Positions 38,330 through 50,802 of a stretch of 64,000 bases of DNA are shown here, in pieces. This DNA comes from Felis catus (Eukaryota), in contig NC_058368.1 in the NCBI RefSeq assembly GCF_018350175.1, positions 99,450,001 through 99,514,000 on the forward strand, written 5' to 3'. The notes beneath the pieces were generated by a model. The model was given only the letters and a program-made list of their open reading frames with translations. It did no database searches and had not been told where the DNA came from. The translations under genes and the position numbers were made by a program. The stretch's first letter is position 1. Each line of letters starts with the position of its first letter.

Positions 38330-38720
38330 AAATTGTCGCGTCATAGTCAGGGTACATCAAGGAGGTCAGCATGGCTAGATTGAAATAAGGGAGATGAATC
38401 AGAGAATTGTGCAGTTTTATCTTGTGAGATCTTAGATATCACTAGAAGGTCTTTGGCATGGACTCTGATTGAAAAGAGAAGTATTGGAGAATTTTAAACA
38501 AGGAAGTGACTTGATATGACTTTTGACTTAAAAGAATTATTCTGGCTGAGGAGAGAAGGTGAAATCAGGATGATTGGATAGGAGACTAGTAGTATAATTC
38601 CATAGTTGTTGGAGGCTGCTCAGAACAGAATGGTGGCTATGGAGACAGTGAGTAGACTTTGAACATGCAAATATGATGATAGTCTAATGCACGTCAGATG
38701 TGTATTGTGAATGTCATGTT
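38330..38720 (-). mobile_element. L2 relic
   Basis: GAGGTCAGCATGGCTAGA...TTTTAAACAAGGAAGTGAC...AAAAGAATTATTCTGGCTG resembles antisense L2. Confidence 0.6.
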
Positions 38721-38771
38721 AGGAGTATATGTAAAACTTTTGCTTTGTATTTTCCTTAAGACTTAGAGCTG

Positions 38772-39010
38772 CAGTAAAACCTTGGTTTGCGAGCCTAATT
38801 CATTCCAGAAACATGCTTGTAATCCAAAGCACTCATATATCAAAGTGAATTTCAAGAACCATTGGTTCAGCTGTGATCATGTGACATTTGGTATCACATA
38901 CGACTCATATTGCAAGCCATCGCTTGTTTGTCAAGTTAAAATTTATTAGAAATGTTTGCTTGTCTTGCAGAACACTCGTCAAGCAAGTTATTCACACTCC
39001 CAGTATTATA
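38772..39010. mobile_element. TcMar-Tigger-type MITE
   Basis: Starts CAGTAAAACCTTGGTTTGCGAG (Tigger-like TIR); the right TIR is degenerate. Confidence 0.65.
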
Positions 39011-40652
39011 CTTAAATATACAATAGTCCGTTTTAACCTGATGATAACTTAAATTTCGATGTGTTCAGAACAACTTTTTTATTCTTCCTCCTCCTATGTT
39101 TTATGTTTTTCATTGTGCATTTTTTATCATTTTGTATATCCCTTAACTAACTACTATAGTTGTAGTTGTTTTTACTATTCTTGTAATTTTAATACTAGTT
39201 TCATAAGTCATTATCTGCCAACATTAATATATACTTGGTACTTTCTTATATGTTCTCTCATTACTGATGTTTTGACTGTGTTAGTGTATTCTTCTCCATA
39301 CAGTAAAGATGTTTATGAGCATTATTTTGGACTTTTTATCAGGTAAATCACTTTTATCTGTTTTGTTAAAGATTCTTTCTGTTTCATCTTTTTTGATTTG
39401 GACCATGTTCTTCTGTTTCTTCATTTTCACGGACTCTCTGTGGTTGGTTTCTGTCTTATATGAAACCACTACCTTTCCCAGATGTGAAGGGGCGGCCTTG
39501 TGTAGAAGATGAGGTTTATTTTTCAACCATGCACTCTAACTCCGTTGACTTTCACACCTTTGTATTTGTCCCACCAGCTTTATTTTATTTTTAATGTCTC
39601 CCAATAGTTTAGGGTATGCTAAGACTGGTCATTGTCCCAAAGGGGGGGATCTCATTCAAAACCTCAATTCAGACTTACTGAAAGCAAGAATCTCAGGCAG
39701 CAGCTTTAATAATATGCACATATGCACAGGACTGTAGGATCAGGAGCGTAAGCCCCCTTAGCCACCAGACCCAGGTGATTAAGAGACGTCCCGGGGTACA
39801 AGCTGTCAAAACAGCACACCAGACTTACAAAGGGAGGAGCCAGATGCATATGTGACTGTGGTGTTCTGAAGCAGGGTGCCAGGAGGGTGAAACAGGTACC
39901 ATAGCACCTGCGGGTCTGAGGTCTCTGGGAAGGATTATAGTCAGCCCTGCAGTGAGTGTTTAATTAAAGCCTGCCCTCAGGCCACTGCTCTGAAGATAAG
40001 TTAACAGGCCTCTTTCATAGGAAAACTAGGCTCCTGGGTCTGTTGGCTCTAGCTGTGCCATGGAAAGCTTGCCAGGAGGCCCCTAGACATGTGTCAAATT
40101 AGATGCCTGCCTGTCTGTTGCTTTAAGATAAGCAAATAAGCCTCTTTAATATACAATTAAACATTAAGTTGCCTCTTCATCAGCTGCTGCTTACCTTGGG
40201 TCTGGGCTGAGTGAGTCCAAGTGTGAGGCTCTTTAAGAGCTACCTCTTAATTCTCGGAAGCCTATAGGTCTTAGGAGGTGAGCCCCATTGGTTTTCAAAG
40301 CTAGGTGTTCGGGGAACCTGTTTCTCAGGTGTAGGTCTTGAAAGCAGGGGTGGCTGATATGGAAATCAAACCTTGCACTCCTCAGGGAGAAGCTCCAGGT
40401 TGATTTCCCTCCTCATTTTATGTCCCTGTCCCAAGAGTGGAGCTTATGGAAGGTCCTGGTTCAGCCTCTACTCCCTGCTTTGATGTACGTTTTTTTCTTG
40501 GTTGCCTGCTAGTTTTGATGTTTGGGTATTTGAGGGTTTTTTATTTTGTTTTTGTTTTGGGAAATCGTTTCATATGTAGCTGTCACCTGAGGGTGTCTGT
40601 GGGAGGAGGTGACTCCAGGATCTTCCCGTGTCACCATCTTGTACCAGAACCC
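39010..40652 (-). mobile_element. L1 5'UTR/ORF1 fragment
   Basis: ORF1-like KMKKQKNMVQIK...SDLPDKKSKIMLI; 5' end with YY1-like CAAGATGG (40634-40641, minus strand). Confidence 0.75.
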
Positions 40653-41780
40653 ATATCACACTTTATTTATCCATTCATGTGTCAGCAGACATTGGGATTT
40701 TAGTGACGCCATGAACGTGGAAACCCTAAAGTCTTTTTGAGATCCCGATTCAGTTCTTTTGGATGTATACCCAGAAATGGGATTGCTGTGTCATTTGGTA
40801 GTTCTAATTTTAATTTTTTGAGGAACTTGCATACTATTTTCCATAGAGGCTGTACCCCTTTGTGCTTTCAGTAATATGGCACAACATTTCCAGTTTCTCC
40901 ACATCCTTGCGTACATTTTTTTTTTTTAATAATAGCCCTCCTGCTGGGCTTTTGTTGCATCATTGTGGTTTTGCTTTGCACTGCTCTGATCGTTAGTGAT
41001 GTTGAGCATTTTTTCATTGGTGTGTCTGCCATTAGTGTATCTTCTTTAGCAAAAGATTTGGGTCAAGTTTTTTGCCCATTAAAATTTTTTTTTTTAACGT
41101 TTATTTATTTTTAAAAGAGAGAGACACAGAGTGCGAGAAGAGGAGGGGCAGAGAGAGAGGGAGGCTTACAATCCAAAGCAGGCTCCAGGCTCTGGGCTGT
41201 CAGCACAGAGCTGCACTTGGGGCTGAAACTCAGAAACCACGAGATCATGACCTGAACCAGTCTCTTAACCTACTGAGCCACCCAGGAGCCCCTTGCCCTT
41301 TTTTTATTTTTTTATTTTTATTTTTTTTTAACATTTATTTATTTTTGAGACAGAGAGAGACAGAGCATGAACGGGGGAGGGGCAGAGAGAGAGAGGGAGA
41401 CACAGAATGGGAAGCAGGCTCCAGACTCAGCCATCAGCCCAGAGCCTGACGCGGGGCTCGAACTCACGGACCGTGAGATCGTGACCTGAGCCGAAGTCGG
41501 ACGCTCAACCGACTGAGCCACCTAGGCGTCCCCCCTTGCCCTTTTTTTAATTAGGTTATGTTTCATTTGTTGTTGATTGTAGGAATCCCCTTCTATATGT
41601 AATTTTTAATTGTATTTAGATCCACATTAGGTTAACATACAGTATAATAATGGGTTTAGGACTTGTCCTTCTATATTTTGAAGATTAATCCTTTATCATA
41701 TATATGGTTTGCAGATGATTTGTTTCATACCATATATTATCTTTTTACTGTCTTGATTGTTTCCTATGCTGCATGGAAGA
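40653..41780 (-). mobile_element. L1 ORF2 3' fragment with two tandem antisense SINEs (41084-41292, 41298-41533)
   Basis: TATACCCAGAAATGGGATTGCTG...TTTTTGAGGAAC...; target TTGCCC(A/T)TT occurs three times. Confidence 0.85.
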
Positions 41781-42993
41781 GAATAAAAATTACTATAATT
41801 AGAGCTGAAAAGGGGTTTTAATAGGCAGACAGGAGAACTGAATATCTGATTTTGTATTAATATTTCTTAAATGTCCAGTGGGCAGTTTGAGGGACATAAA
41901 CTGTATAATCATTAAAATATATGGACAGATTTATTATATTTTAATAATGTCTTGAGTTTTAAAGACAAGATTTTTCTGAAATCACTGCTGAAATATTACC
42001 AACTTGTCCCTTCCAGCTTTCAAGCAATAGGAAATTCTCATGTTAGATCTATTGTTTCAATATTGACAGTAACATTAAAGTTAACAAAATTCATTTTAAG
42101 AAGTTGGCAACAATGAAATAACCAAAGTAATCCTATCTTTGGTCCACTTTTTGCAACAAACAAAAAATAAAACACAAATTTTCAAACATAAAAAATACAA
42201 AAACCTAGGTGCCTAAAATAGATGAAAGAAACATTCTGTTTTAAGCAGGAGTTTAGAGCTCACATCAGCTAAGTACCCCCTCTGCAGCCTTTACTCATTT
42301 AGTGGCCCGTGAATATCCTCCAGTATTCTGTAAGGCAGGTCAGATCCTAGTTTGATACACCCTATGAGACAGAATTAAGAAGAGAACACTTTGGTTTATT
42401 TAATAAATTAGATCACATCTATGGGTCTATTAAAAAAAAAAATTCTGCCTCAAAAGGTGTTGAAAATGGCTTCCAAGGCACTGTCCCATAACACATCTTA
42501 GAAAACTTGAATTCAAAGTTGATTCCTCAACTTAGTAAAAGGCATCTATTTTGTTTTAATTGTATTTAAATCCAAGTTATATATATATAGTATAATAATG
42601 GTTTCAGGAGTGGAATTTAGAACAGACACCATACTTATTACCAAAAAAAAAATAATCTCAACCAAAATCTCAATTCCATTTTCATTTGGTTTTAATGAAA
42701 TAATTCTGAAGTTTTTCTAAAAGCATAAAACTGCAATGAGCTAAGAATATGAAAAAGAGAGGAAACGGGGACTTGTCAGTTAGATTCTAAAGCATATAAT
42801 AAAAATAATAAAGGGAGCATAACACTGATGTGGGAATTTTTAAACAGTTTATTAAAATGTATAGACATACATATACATAACTATAATTATACATATATAT
42901 AAAATATATGTATACATATATATAAAATCAATGGAGAAAAAAATCAAAATTATATATCTGTGGGGAGAAAACAGTCAAATTAAAAAAAAAATC

Positions 42994-43747
42994 AGGGGCG
43001 CCTGGGTGGCTCAGTTGGTTAAACGTCCGACTTCAGCTCGGGTTATGATCTCGCGGTCCGAGTGAGCCCCGCGTCGGGCTCTGTGCTGACAGCTCAGAGC
43101 CTGGAGCCTGTTTCAGATTCCCTCTCTCTCTGACCCTCCTCCATTCATGCTCTGTCTCTCTCTGTCTCAAAAATAAATAAACGCTTAAAAAAAAAATCAA
43201 AGGCAAAAACTTCACCACATTGCAAAAAATGTCCAGAGCCATTAAAGAAAAGAGATTTAGGGCGCCTGGGTGGCTCATTTGGTTAAGTGTGTGACTCTTG
43301 ATTTCAGCTCAGGTCATGATCTCCCGGTTTGTGAGTTTGACCCTGTGTCATGCTCTACCCTGGTAGTGCGAAACCTGCTTGGGATTCTGTCTCCCTCTCT
43401 CTCCACCCCTTCCCGACTCATGCTCACTCACTCTCTTTCTATCAAAAATAAATAAACACTAAAAAAAAAAAAAGAAAAGAGAGCACCCAAGCCTAATATT
43501 TATATAGTGATTATTAATTTATCAAATATAGTTGTGGAGCCCCTGGGTGGCGTAGTCGGTTAAGCGTCTGACTTCAGCCAGGTCACGATCTCGCGGTCCG
43601 TGAGTTCGAGCCCCGCGTCAGGCTCTGGGCTGATGGCTCAGAGCCTGGAGCCTGTTTCTGATTCTGTGTCTCCCTCTCTCTCTGCCCCTCCCCCGTTCAT
43701 GCTCTGTCTCTCTCTGTCCCAAAAATAAATAAACGTTGAAAAAAAAA
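42994..43747 (+). mobile_element. Cluster of three sense CanSINEs (42994-43197, 43260-43472, young SINEC_Fc 43536-43747)
   Basis: Each has its own TSD: TTAAAAAAAAAATCA, AAAGAAAAGAG and ATCAAATATAGTTGTG. Confidence 0.93.
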
Positions 43748-43979
43748 TCAAATATAGTTGTGAATAATTAATTTCAAGTTCAGCAGTGACCTTGTGAAGA
43801 CAAAGGCATGAATCCATGAAGAAAGGATGGGAAATATTTGCTACATGTTAAAGTCAAACAGCTGTTTATTTACAAAAAAAGGAATAAAAATGACAATAAA
43901 CAAACCGTGACCAAAGATGAATGTCGTAAACATATCTAGAGTCCCTTGTAACCTAACGTTATTAAAAAGAAAATATAAA

Positions 43980-44915
43980 TATAACCTATCACATCAACAG
44001 GTTAAAAGCAAAATTGCATAATCATGTCAATAGATTTAAAAGAAGTATTAAATCCAAAATCCAACACTCTTTAATGATAAAACTGCCAGTAAACTCAGAG
44101 TAGAGGGGCACTCCCTCATCTTGATAAGGAACATCAGCTAAAAACCTCTGGCTAATAGCATACTTAATAGTAAGAAAGATGAAGTTTTCCCATGGAGATC
44201 AGGAACAAGGCAGTATATATTTTTTTCTTTGATAACATTGTAGCAGAAGTGATAGTTGATCTAATAAGACTTGAAAAGGAAATAAAAGGTAAATACATAT
44301 AGGGCATCTGGGTGGCTCATTCGGTGAAGCGTCCAACTTCGGCTCAGGTCATTATCTCACGGTTCCTGGCAGTTCAAGCCCCGCATTGGGCTCTGGGCTG
44401 ACAATGCAGAGCCTGCTGGGATTCTCTGCCTCCCTCTCTCTCTGTCCCTCCTCTCCTCTCTCTCTCTCTCTCAAAAAATAAACATTAAAAAAAGGCATAC
44501 ACATATGGAAGGGAAAAATAAAACGCTCTTTGTTCACAAATGACGTGATAATCTATGTAGAGAATCCAAAAGAGTAGATTGAGAAGAAATCTCCTGAAAC
44601 TAAGTGGTTGATAATAAGAGGAAGAGAGATAAATAGGCAGAGACCAGAGAATACTCTGTATGATACTGTAATGATGGATAATATGTCATTATACCTTTGT
44701 TCAAGCCCACAGAATGTATAGCACATGTATAGCCTTAGGGTGGCCATGATGTACCCATGTTAATCGATAGTAATGAATGTTCCTCCCTCATGGTGGGGGT
44801 GTTGATAAGGAAGGAGGCTATGCATGTGTGGGGACAGGTAACATATGGAGGTCTTTGTACTTTCCTCTTATTTTGCTGTGAACTTAAACTGTTCCAAAAA
44901 GTCTAAAATAAAAAC
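43980..44915 (+). mobile_element. Decayed L1 ORF2/3'UTR fragments with nested SINE 44302-44492
   Basis: AATCATGTCAATAGAT...AGATCAGGAACAAGG...CTATGTAGAGAATCC RT-region text; L1M 3'UTR after ~44620. Confidence 0.75.
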
Positions 44916-44919
44916 TAAA

Positions 44920-45378
44920 GGGCATCTGGGTGGCTCAATTGGTTAAGTGTCTGACTTCAGCTCAGGTCATGATCTCACAGTTCATGGGTTCGAGCCCCGC
45001 GTCAGTCTCTGTGCTGACAGCTCAGAGCCTGGAGCCTGTTTTGGATCCTGTGTGTCCCTCTTTCTCTGCCCCTCCCCGGCTAGGTCGCACTTGCTCTCTG
45101 TCTCTCAAAAATAGACATTTAAAAATTAAAAAAAAAAAAAAAAGAAGTATACTTTAGGGGTGCCTGGGTGGCTCATTCAGTAGGGTGTCTGACTTTGGCC
45201 TAGGTCATGATCTCACATTTTGTGGGTTTCAGCCCCACATCGAGCTCTGTGCTGACAGCTCAGAGCCTGCAGTCTGCTTCAGATTCTATGTCTCCCTCTC
45301 TCTCTGCCCCTCCCCCACTTGCACTCTGTCTCCCTCTGTCTCAAAAATAAATAAAACATTAAAAAATGTTAAAAAAAA
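44920..45378 (+). mobile_element. Two head-to-tail CanSINEs (44920-45143, 45157-45378)
   Basis: The second has TSD AAAGAAGTATACTTTAGG. Confidence 0.92.
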
Positions 45379-46323
45379 GAAGTATACTTTAGGAGAAAAA
45401 TTAAGTATCATCCAGGCAATGTGTCAAATATTTGTTCAAGACCAATAGTGATCAAAGAAATGCAATTTAGTGTTTTCCTTTTGTACCTCTCTGTGCAATT
45501 ACAGTGACATTAATATAATTGTATATATATGCATGTACATTTATGATGTATATACATTTTTATATACTTTTTTTGATTATGGGTGGGGTTGCATGGTGTA
45601 AACTTCTATTCACTCTCAGAAGCATATAAATTAGTACAGCTTTGGGGCACCTGGGTGGCTCAGTTGAGCATCCGACTTTGGCTCAGGTCTTAAATCTCAC
45701 AGTTCATGGGTTCGAGCCCCACATTGGGTTCTGTGCTGACAGCTCAGAGCCTGGAGCCTGTTTCAGATTCTGTGTCTCCCTCTCTCTCTGCCCCTCCCCC
45801 ACTTGCACTCTGTCTCCCTCTGTCTCAAAAATAAATAAAACATTAAAAAATGTTAAAAAAAAGAAGTATACTTTAGGAGAAAAATTAAGTATCATCCAGG
45901 CAATGTGTCAAATATTTGTTCAAGACCAATAGTGATCAAAGAAATGCAATTTAGTGTTTTCCTTTTGTACCTCTCTGTGCAATTACAGTGACATTAATAT
46001 AATTGTATATATATGCATGTACATTTATGATGTATATACATTTTTATATACTTTTTTTGATTATGGGTGGGGTTGCATGGTGTAAACTTCTATTCACTCT
46101 CAGAAGCATATAAATTAGTACAGCTTTGGGGCACCTGGGTGGCTCAGTTGAGCATCCGACTTTGGCTCAGGTCTTAAATCTCACAGTTCATGGGTTCGAG
46201 CCCCACATTGGGTTCTGTGCTGACAGCTCAGAGCCTGGAGCCTGTTTCAGATTCTGTGTCTCCCTCTCTCTCTGCCCCTCCCCCACTTGCACTCTGTCTC
46301 CCTCTGTCTCAAAAATAAATAAA
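45289..46323. repeat. 484-bp tandem duplication (~2.1 copies) including SINEs 45644-45862 and 46128-46340
   Basis: Offset of 484 verified at several anchors (45379/45863, 45644/46128); copies identical on reading. Confidence 0.96.
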
Positions 46324-46373
46324 CATTTAAATTTTTTTTAATTACATTTATATAAATTAGTACAGCTTTTTTG

Positions 46374-47496
46374 TTTGGTTTGGCTTTTTTTAATGGTCCC
46401 AGTTATATTTTTATTTTTATTTATTCAAATTTTTCTTTAAATTCTAGTTAGTTAATATACAGTGCAATTATTGGTTTCAAGAGTAGGATTCAGTAATTCA
46501 TCACATATATACAACACCCGCTGATCATCATAACAAGTGCCCTTAGTACCTATCACCCATCTTGCCTATCCCCCATGTACCTCCCCCCATGAACCCTCAT
46601 TCTGTTCTCTATCGTCAGGAGTCTCTCATGGTTTGTTCCCTTCTGTTTTCACCACCTCTCATATGGTCCTCTGTTTTGTTTCTCAAATTCCACATATAAA
46701 TGAAATCATACGGTATTTGTCTTTCTCTGATTGACTTATCTTGCTTAGCATAATACGCTCTAGCTCCTTCCATGTCATTGCAAATAGCAAGATGTCATTC
46801 TTTTTGATGGTTTAGTAATATTCAATTACATGTGTAGATATGGTATACATACATACACACACACACATACATACCATATCTTCTTTATCAATGCATTACT
46901 CAGTGGACATTTGACTTGGCTATTGTTGATAATGCTGATATAACCATCGGGGTACATGTACCCCTTCAAATATGTATTTTTGTATCCTTTGGATAAATGC
47001 CCAATAATGTGATTGGTAGATCATAAGGCAGTTCTATTTTTAACTTTTTGAGGAATCTTTATACTGTTCTCCACAGTGGCTACATCAGTTTGCCTTCCCA
47101 CCAACAGTGCAAGAGGATTCATCCTTCTTTGCGTCCTCGCCAATTCCTGTTGTTTCTTCTGTTGTGAATTTCAGCCATTCTCACAGGTTTGAGGTGGTAT
47201 CTCATCATGATTTTGATTTGTATTCCCCTGATAATGAATGACATTGAGCATCTTTTCATGTGTCTGTTACCCATCTGGATATCTTCTTTGGAAAAGTGTC
47301 TATTCATGTCTTCTGCCCATTTCTTCACTGGGTGATTTTTTTTTTGGTTGTTGGGTTTGCTAAGTTCTTTGTAGATGTTGGATACTAACCCTTTATCAGA
47401 TATGTCATTTGCAAATATCTTCTCCTATTCCACAGGCTACCTTTTAATTTTATTGAGTGATTCCTTCGTTGTGCAGAAGCTTTTTATTTTGATGAA
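46374..47496 (-). mobile_element. 5'-truncated carnivore L1 (ORF2 C-terminus and 3'UTR)
   Basis: [27 protein letters not shown] translation; 15-bp TSD AGTACAGCTTTTTTG at 46359-46373 and 47497-47511. Confidence 0.93.
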
Positions 47497-47830
47497 AGTA
47501 CAGCTTTTTTGAATGGCAATTTGAGACTATGTTTCAGTATCCTTGATGTGTTCCTGCCAATATACACAGCATTTCTACTCTTTCAAATCTCTTACAAAAC
47601 TAATACAGCACAGAAAACAATTTATACAAGGATATTCATTAGAGCATTGTCTACAAAAGCAAAATTTAAACAACCTGTATGTTCAACAATACTAACATGG
47701 TAGGATAATGTATGACCTCTGTATATGTTTGAATATTTTATTACAAATTAGATGTTTATTTAAAAACATAATGACATAGGGGAAAACTTGGAATATTGTT
47801 TATGGAACACAGCACAAAGCTTATGTATAC

Positions 47831-48396
47831 TGTATTATTTTTTTTAATTGCTGGTCGTAAATTACTATGAACTTAGCAACTTCAAATAACACACAGTTAT
47901 TATTTCATTTTGGACCCAGTAAACCGGGTCCTCTTGCCTGAGTCTCCTAAGACCTCTGTCACAGAGTTAGCTGTACTTCATTCCTCCCCAGGGCTCTGGG
48001 TCCATCTGGGGTTAATTTCAGAATTCAGTTTCTTAGAGTTCGAGGAGTGATGTCTCCCTTGCTTGCTTGTGGTCAGCCAGGGTCTGCTCTGCACAACTAG
48101 CAGCCCCTGAAGCCCCTGGCTGCGTGGTCCACTCACAGTGCCTCTCACAACTTGTCAGCTTACTTCAAAGCCAGCAAAAGCCTCTCTGGCTGCAGTCTGC
48201 AAAGAGGGAGTCTTAGTTAATATGATATAATCACGATAGTGACTATCCATTACTTTTGCCATATTACGTAACTTATTAAGGGAGTGACTATTTTATCACC
48301 TTTGCCATAGACTATTAGCTGGAAGAAAGTGACAACAAAAGCGGGTATACAAGGGCATGACTTCTTGGGGTTCATCTTAGAAATCCGCTTACCACA
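47831..48396 (-). mobile_element. MaLR solo LTR (MLT1D/E-like)
   Basis: TGTATTA...AAATTACTATGAACTTAGCAACTTCAAATAACAC...ends CTTACCACA. Confidence 0.7.
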
Positions 48397-50379
48397 TAGA
48401 GTGTGCTGTTGATTTTTGTAATCTGTTTATCGCTATATATGTATACAAGTAGGATTCTAGAAAAAAATACTGAGTATGAGTGTGGATTGAGAACATCAAA
48501 TATCTTGTATTTCTTAACACAATTCCTCAGATTCTGATTTATGAACTGTAGTCCAATAACTGATAGCTATGAATCGGTTCAACTCCTCATCACATTAAAT
48601 ACACTAATACCTTATATTCTCCCCTTTACTGGAAGTCATTTTGTTTTATAATATCAGTTATCTCTTTGTTCTCCATGTGTGTATATTATTAAAATTATTA
48701 AAAACATATTTATATCTAATATACATAAATATAAGAATAAATTAATATATAAAAACATATGTATGTATTTATACATGTACATAGAAATAGCTTCATCTCA
48801 CTTTTGAATTATTAAATGTGTTTTATTGGAGTATATTAATATCACAGTCAAATGAAATTATGCATTACAGTACAATCCAGTGCTTATAAATTGTGCTGTC
48901 TATCATTATCACCAAAGGAAATTGGTGAAATCCTAGTTCTGGCTTCACTTTTTTTTTTTTTTAACCTAGTTTCAGGGGCACAACACATTGGAAGTGTTTT
49001 GTTTTGTTTTGTTTTGTTTTCCCATAATTATTCTTTTAATATCTTAAGCTGAAGGCACTTATTTCATACTGCACTGGCATTCCAGGCAAGTATTTGGGTA
49101 TTTGAGTCTGGGGTTAGCCTGCAGGAGGTACATAAATCTGTGCCACTGAACGAGAGCATCTAAGTAGAGCGATTTCAGTGGAATGATGAAGACGTAGGTC
49201 AGATTGGATTACAGTGTCAGTGAGGTGTGAGGAATTGGAGGAATTGGCTGAAAAGAGATGTGAGGGAAAGAGGGGTTATATAGAAGGAGAAGTTATTCAT
49301 AGGGTAGAGGGATAAATGACTGAAAAAAAATATTTGAAAAGGGAAAAAAATGAGTTTCATGTCCAAAATGGAAGGAAAATAATGATAGAGAACTAAATAT
49401 ATTTGGTTTTGGAACAACAAGGGATTCCTCTCTGGTAGCTTTATTATCTCAGTAAATCATAAAATAAATCATGAATCCATTTCTCTGTGCTTTTTAAAAA
49501 GTGATATTGCTAAGAATGCCCAATGATATCTCTCAGAATCTCAAGAAAGGTTGAAAACTAAGTAATGTTTTCTTATACTAACAACATATTAAGCAACTTT
49601 TAGGGATAGTGCATTTCGAGGAGACTTTTTGTTTGTTTGTTTTTCCCCTCCCATCCTGTGTCCTGAGCAATTGAAGTATTTTAAATACTTTCCTATTTTA
49701 CTTTTTTATATATGCTAATCTATTTGCCTTGGAGAAGAAATAAAACTGAAAGACAATTTGTTCCTGATCTGTAGACCTAAAACTATTATTTGATTTGTGT
49801 TTCTGGAAAAAGTGTTATTTAGGCAATACACTTTACTTAAAATGTGATTTGCTGAAATGTCACTGGTCACACACTTAAATCTAGGGACAGAAGTTGGCCA
49901 CGTGCATAATTTGATAAGGTCAAACTTTGTTCACATGATCACCTTCGTATCTCTAGACAGTTTGTTGACATTCTCACATACCTCCTTTCTTGATGTTAGC
50001 ACTTTCAGAAACATCATAAGGTGGAAATACCCAGTAGATGGAATACCATATAGGGTTATTATCATTTGTTTTCATTTTAGCAAATAGGACTTTAACCAAT
50101 TAATTCTACTAAAGAATTGAAAGGAGACGGAGTAAGGCAGTTCTAATATGAGACCGAGTGAATGAAGAAACCAGGAGAGGCCTTGACGAATCAATTATTG
50201 CTTAAGGAATACAGCCTTTTAAGAAAGATGCCCGGGAATTGTGAGCTTCAAGGGCAATTTTAGGCACACACTGAGTGTTTAAATGAAAGAAAGAAGAGAA
50301 AGAATGATTCATGAGTTTCTAAATATTTAACTTACTCTCCAAGTTAAATATATCAGTATATGGTATATAAAGCATTGTC

Positions 50380-50802
50380 TGACCCCAGCCTACTTCAACA
50401 GAACCTTCTACTCTTCTCTCTTTTCCTCACTTTATCTAGACAGGTGTGCCTTTGTTATGTTCCTCTGATGATCCAAACTCTCTACAGTCCATCCCTTTGA
50501 ACATGCTTATATCTTTACTATTCTTCATTTGTATTACTATTACTTATTCTCTAAGTCTCCATCAGAGTGTTTTCCAAAGAGAAATCATCCCGACCCACAT
50601 CTAAATTCATTCTCCCATGCTTCTCTTTGATTCCATTTTTTTTGCTTTTATTTCAAAGTATTTTATTGATTTTTAATTACCTATATATTTAACTAAGAAT
50701 AGTCTTATTAATCATTGTAAACTGTCTTCACCGAATTCACTATTATACAGTCAGCACTTAACTGATTAAACAAGCATGTGACCTTTATTGAATGAATGAA
50801 TT
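50380..50802 (+). mobile_element. L2 3' relic
   Basis: Pyrimidine-rich L2-like body ending in TTGAATGAATGAAT. Confidence 0.55.
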
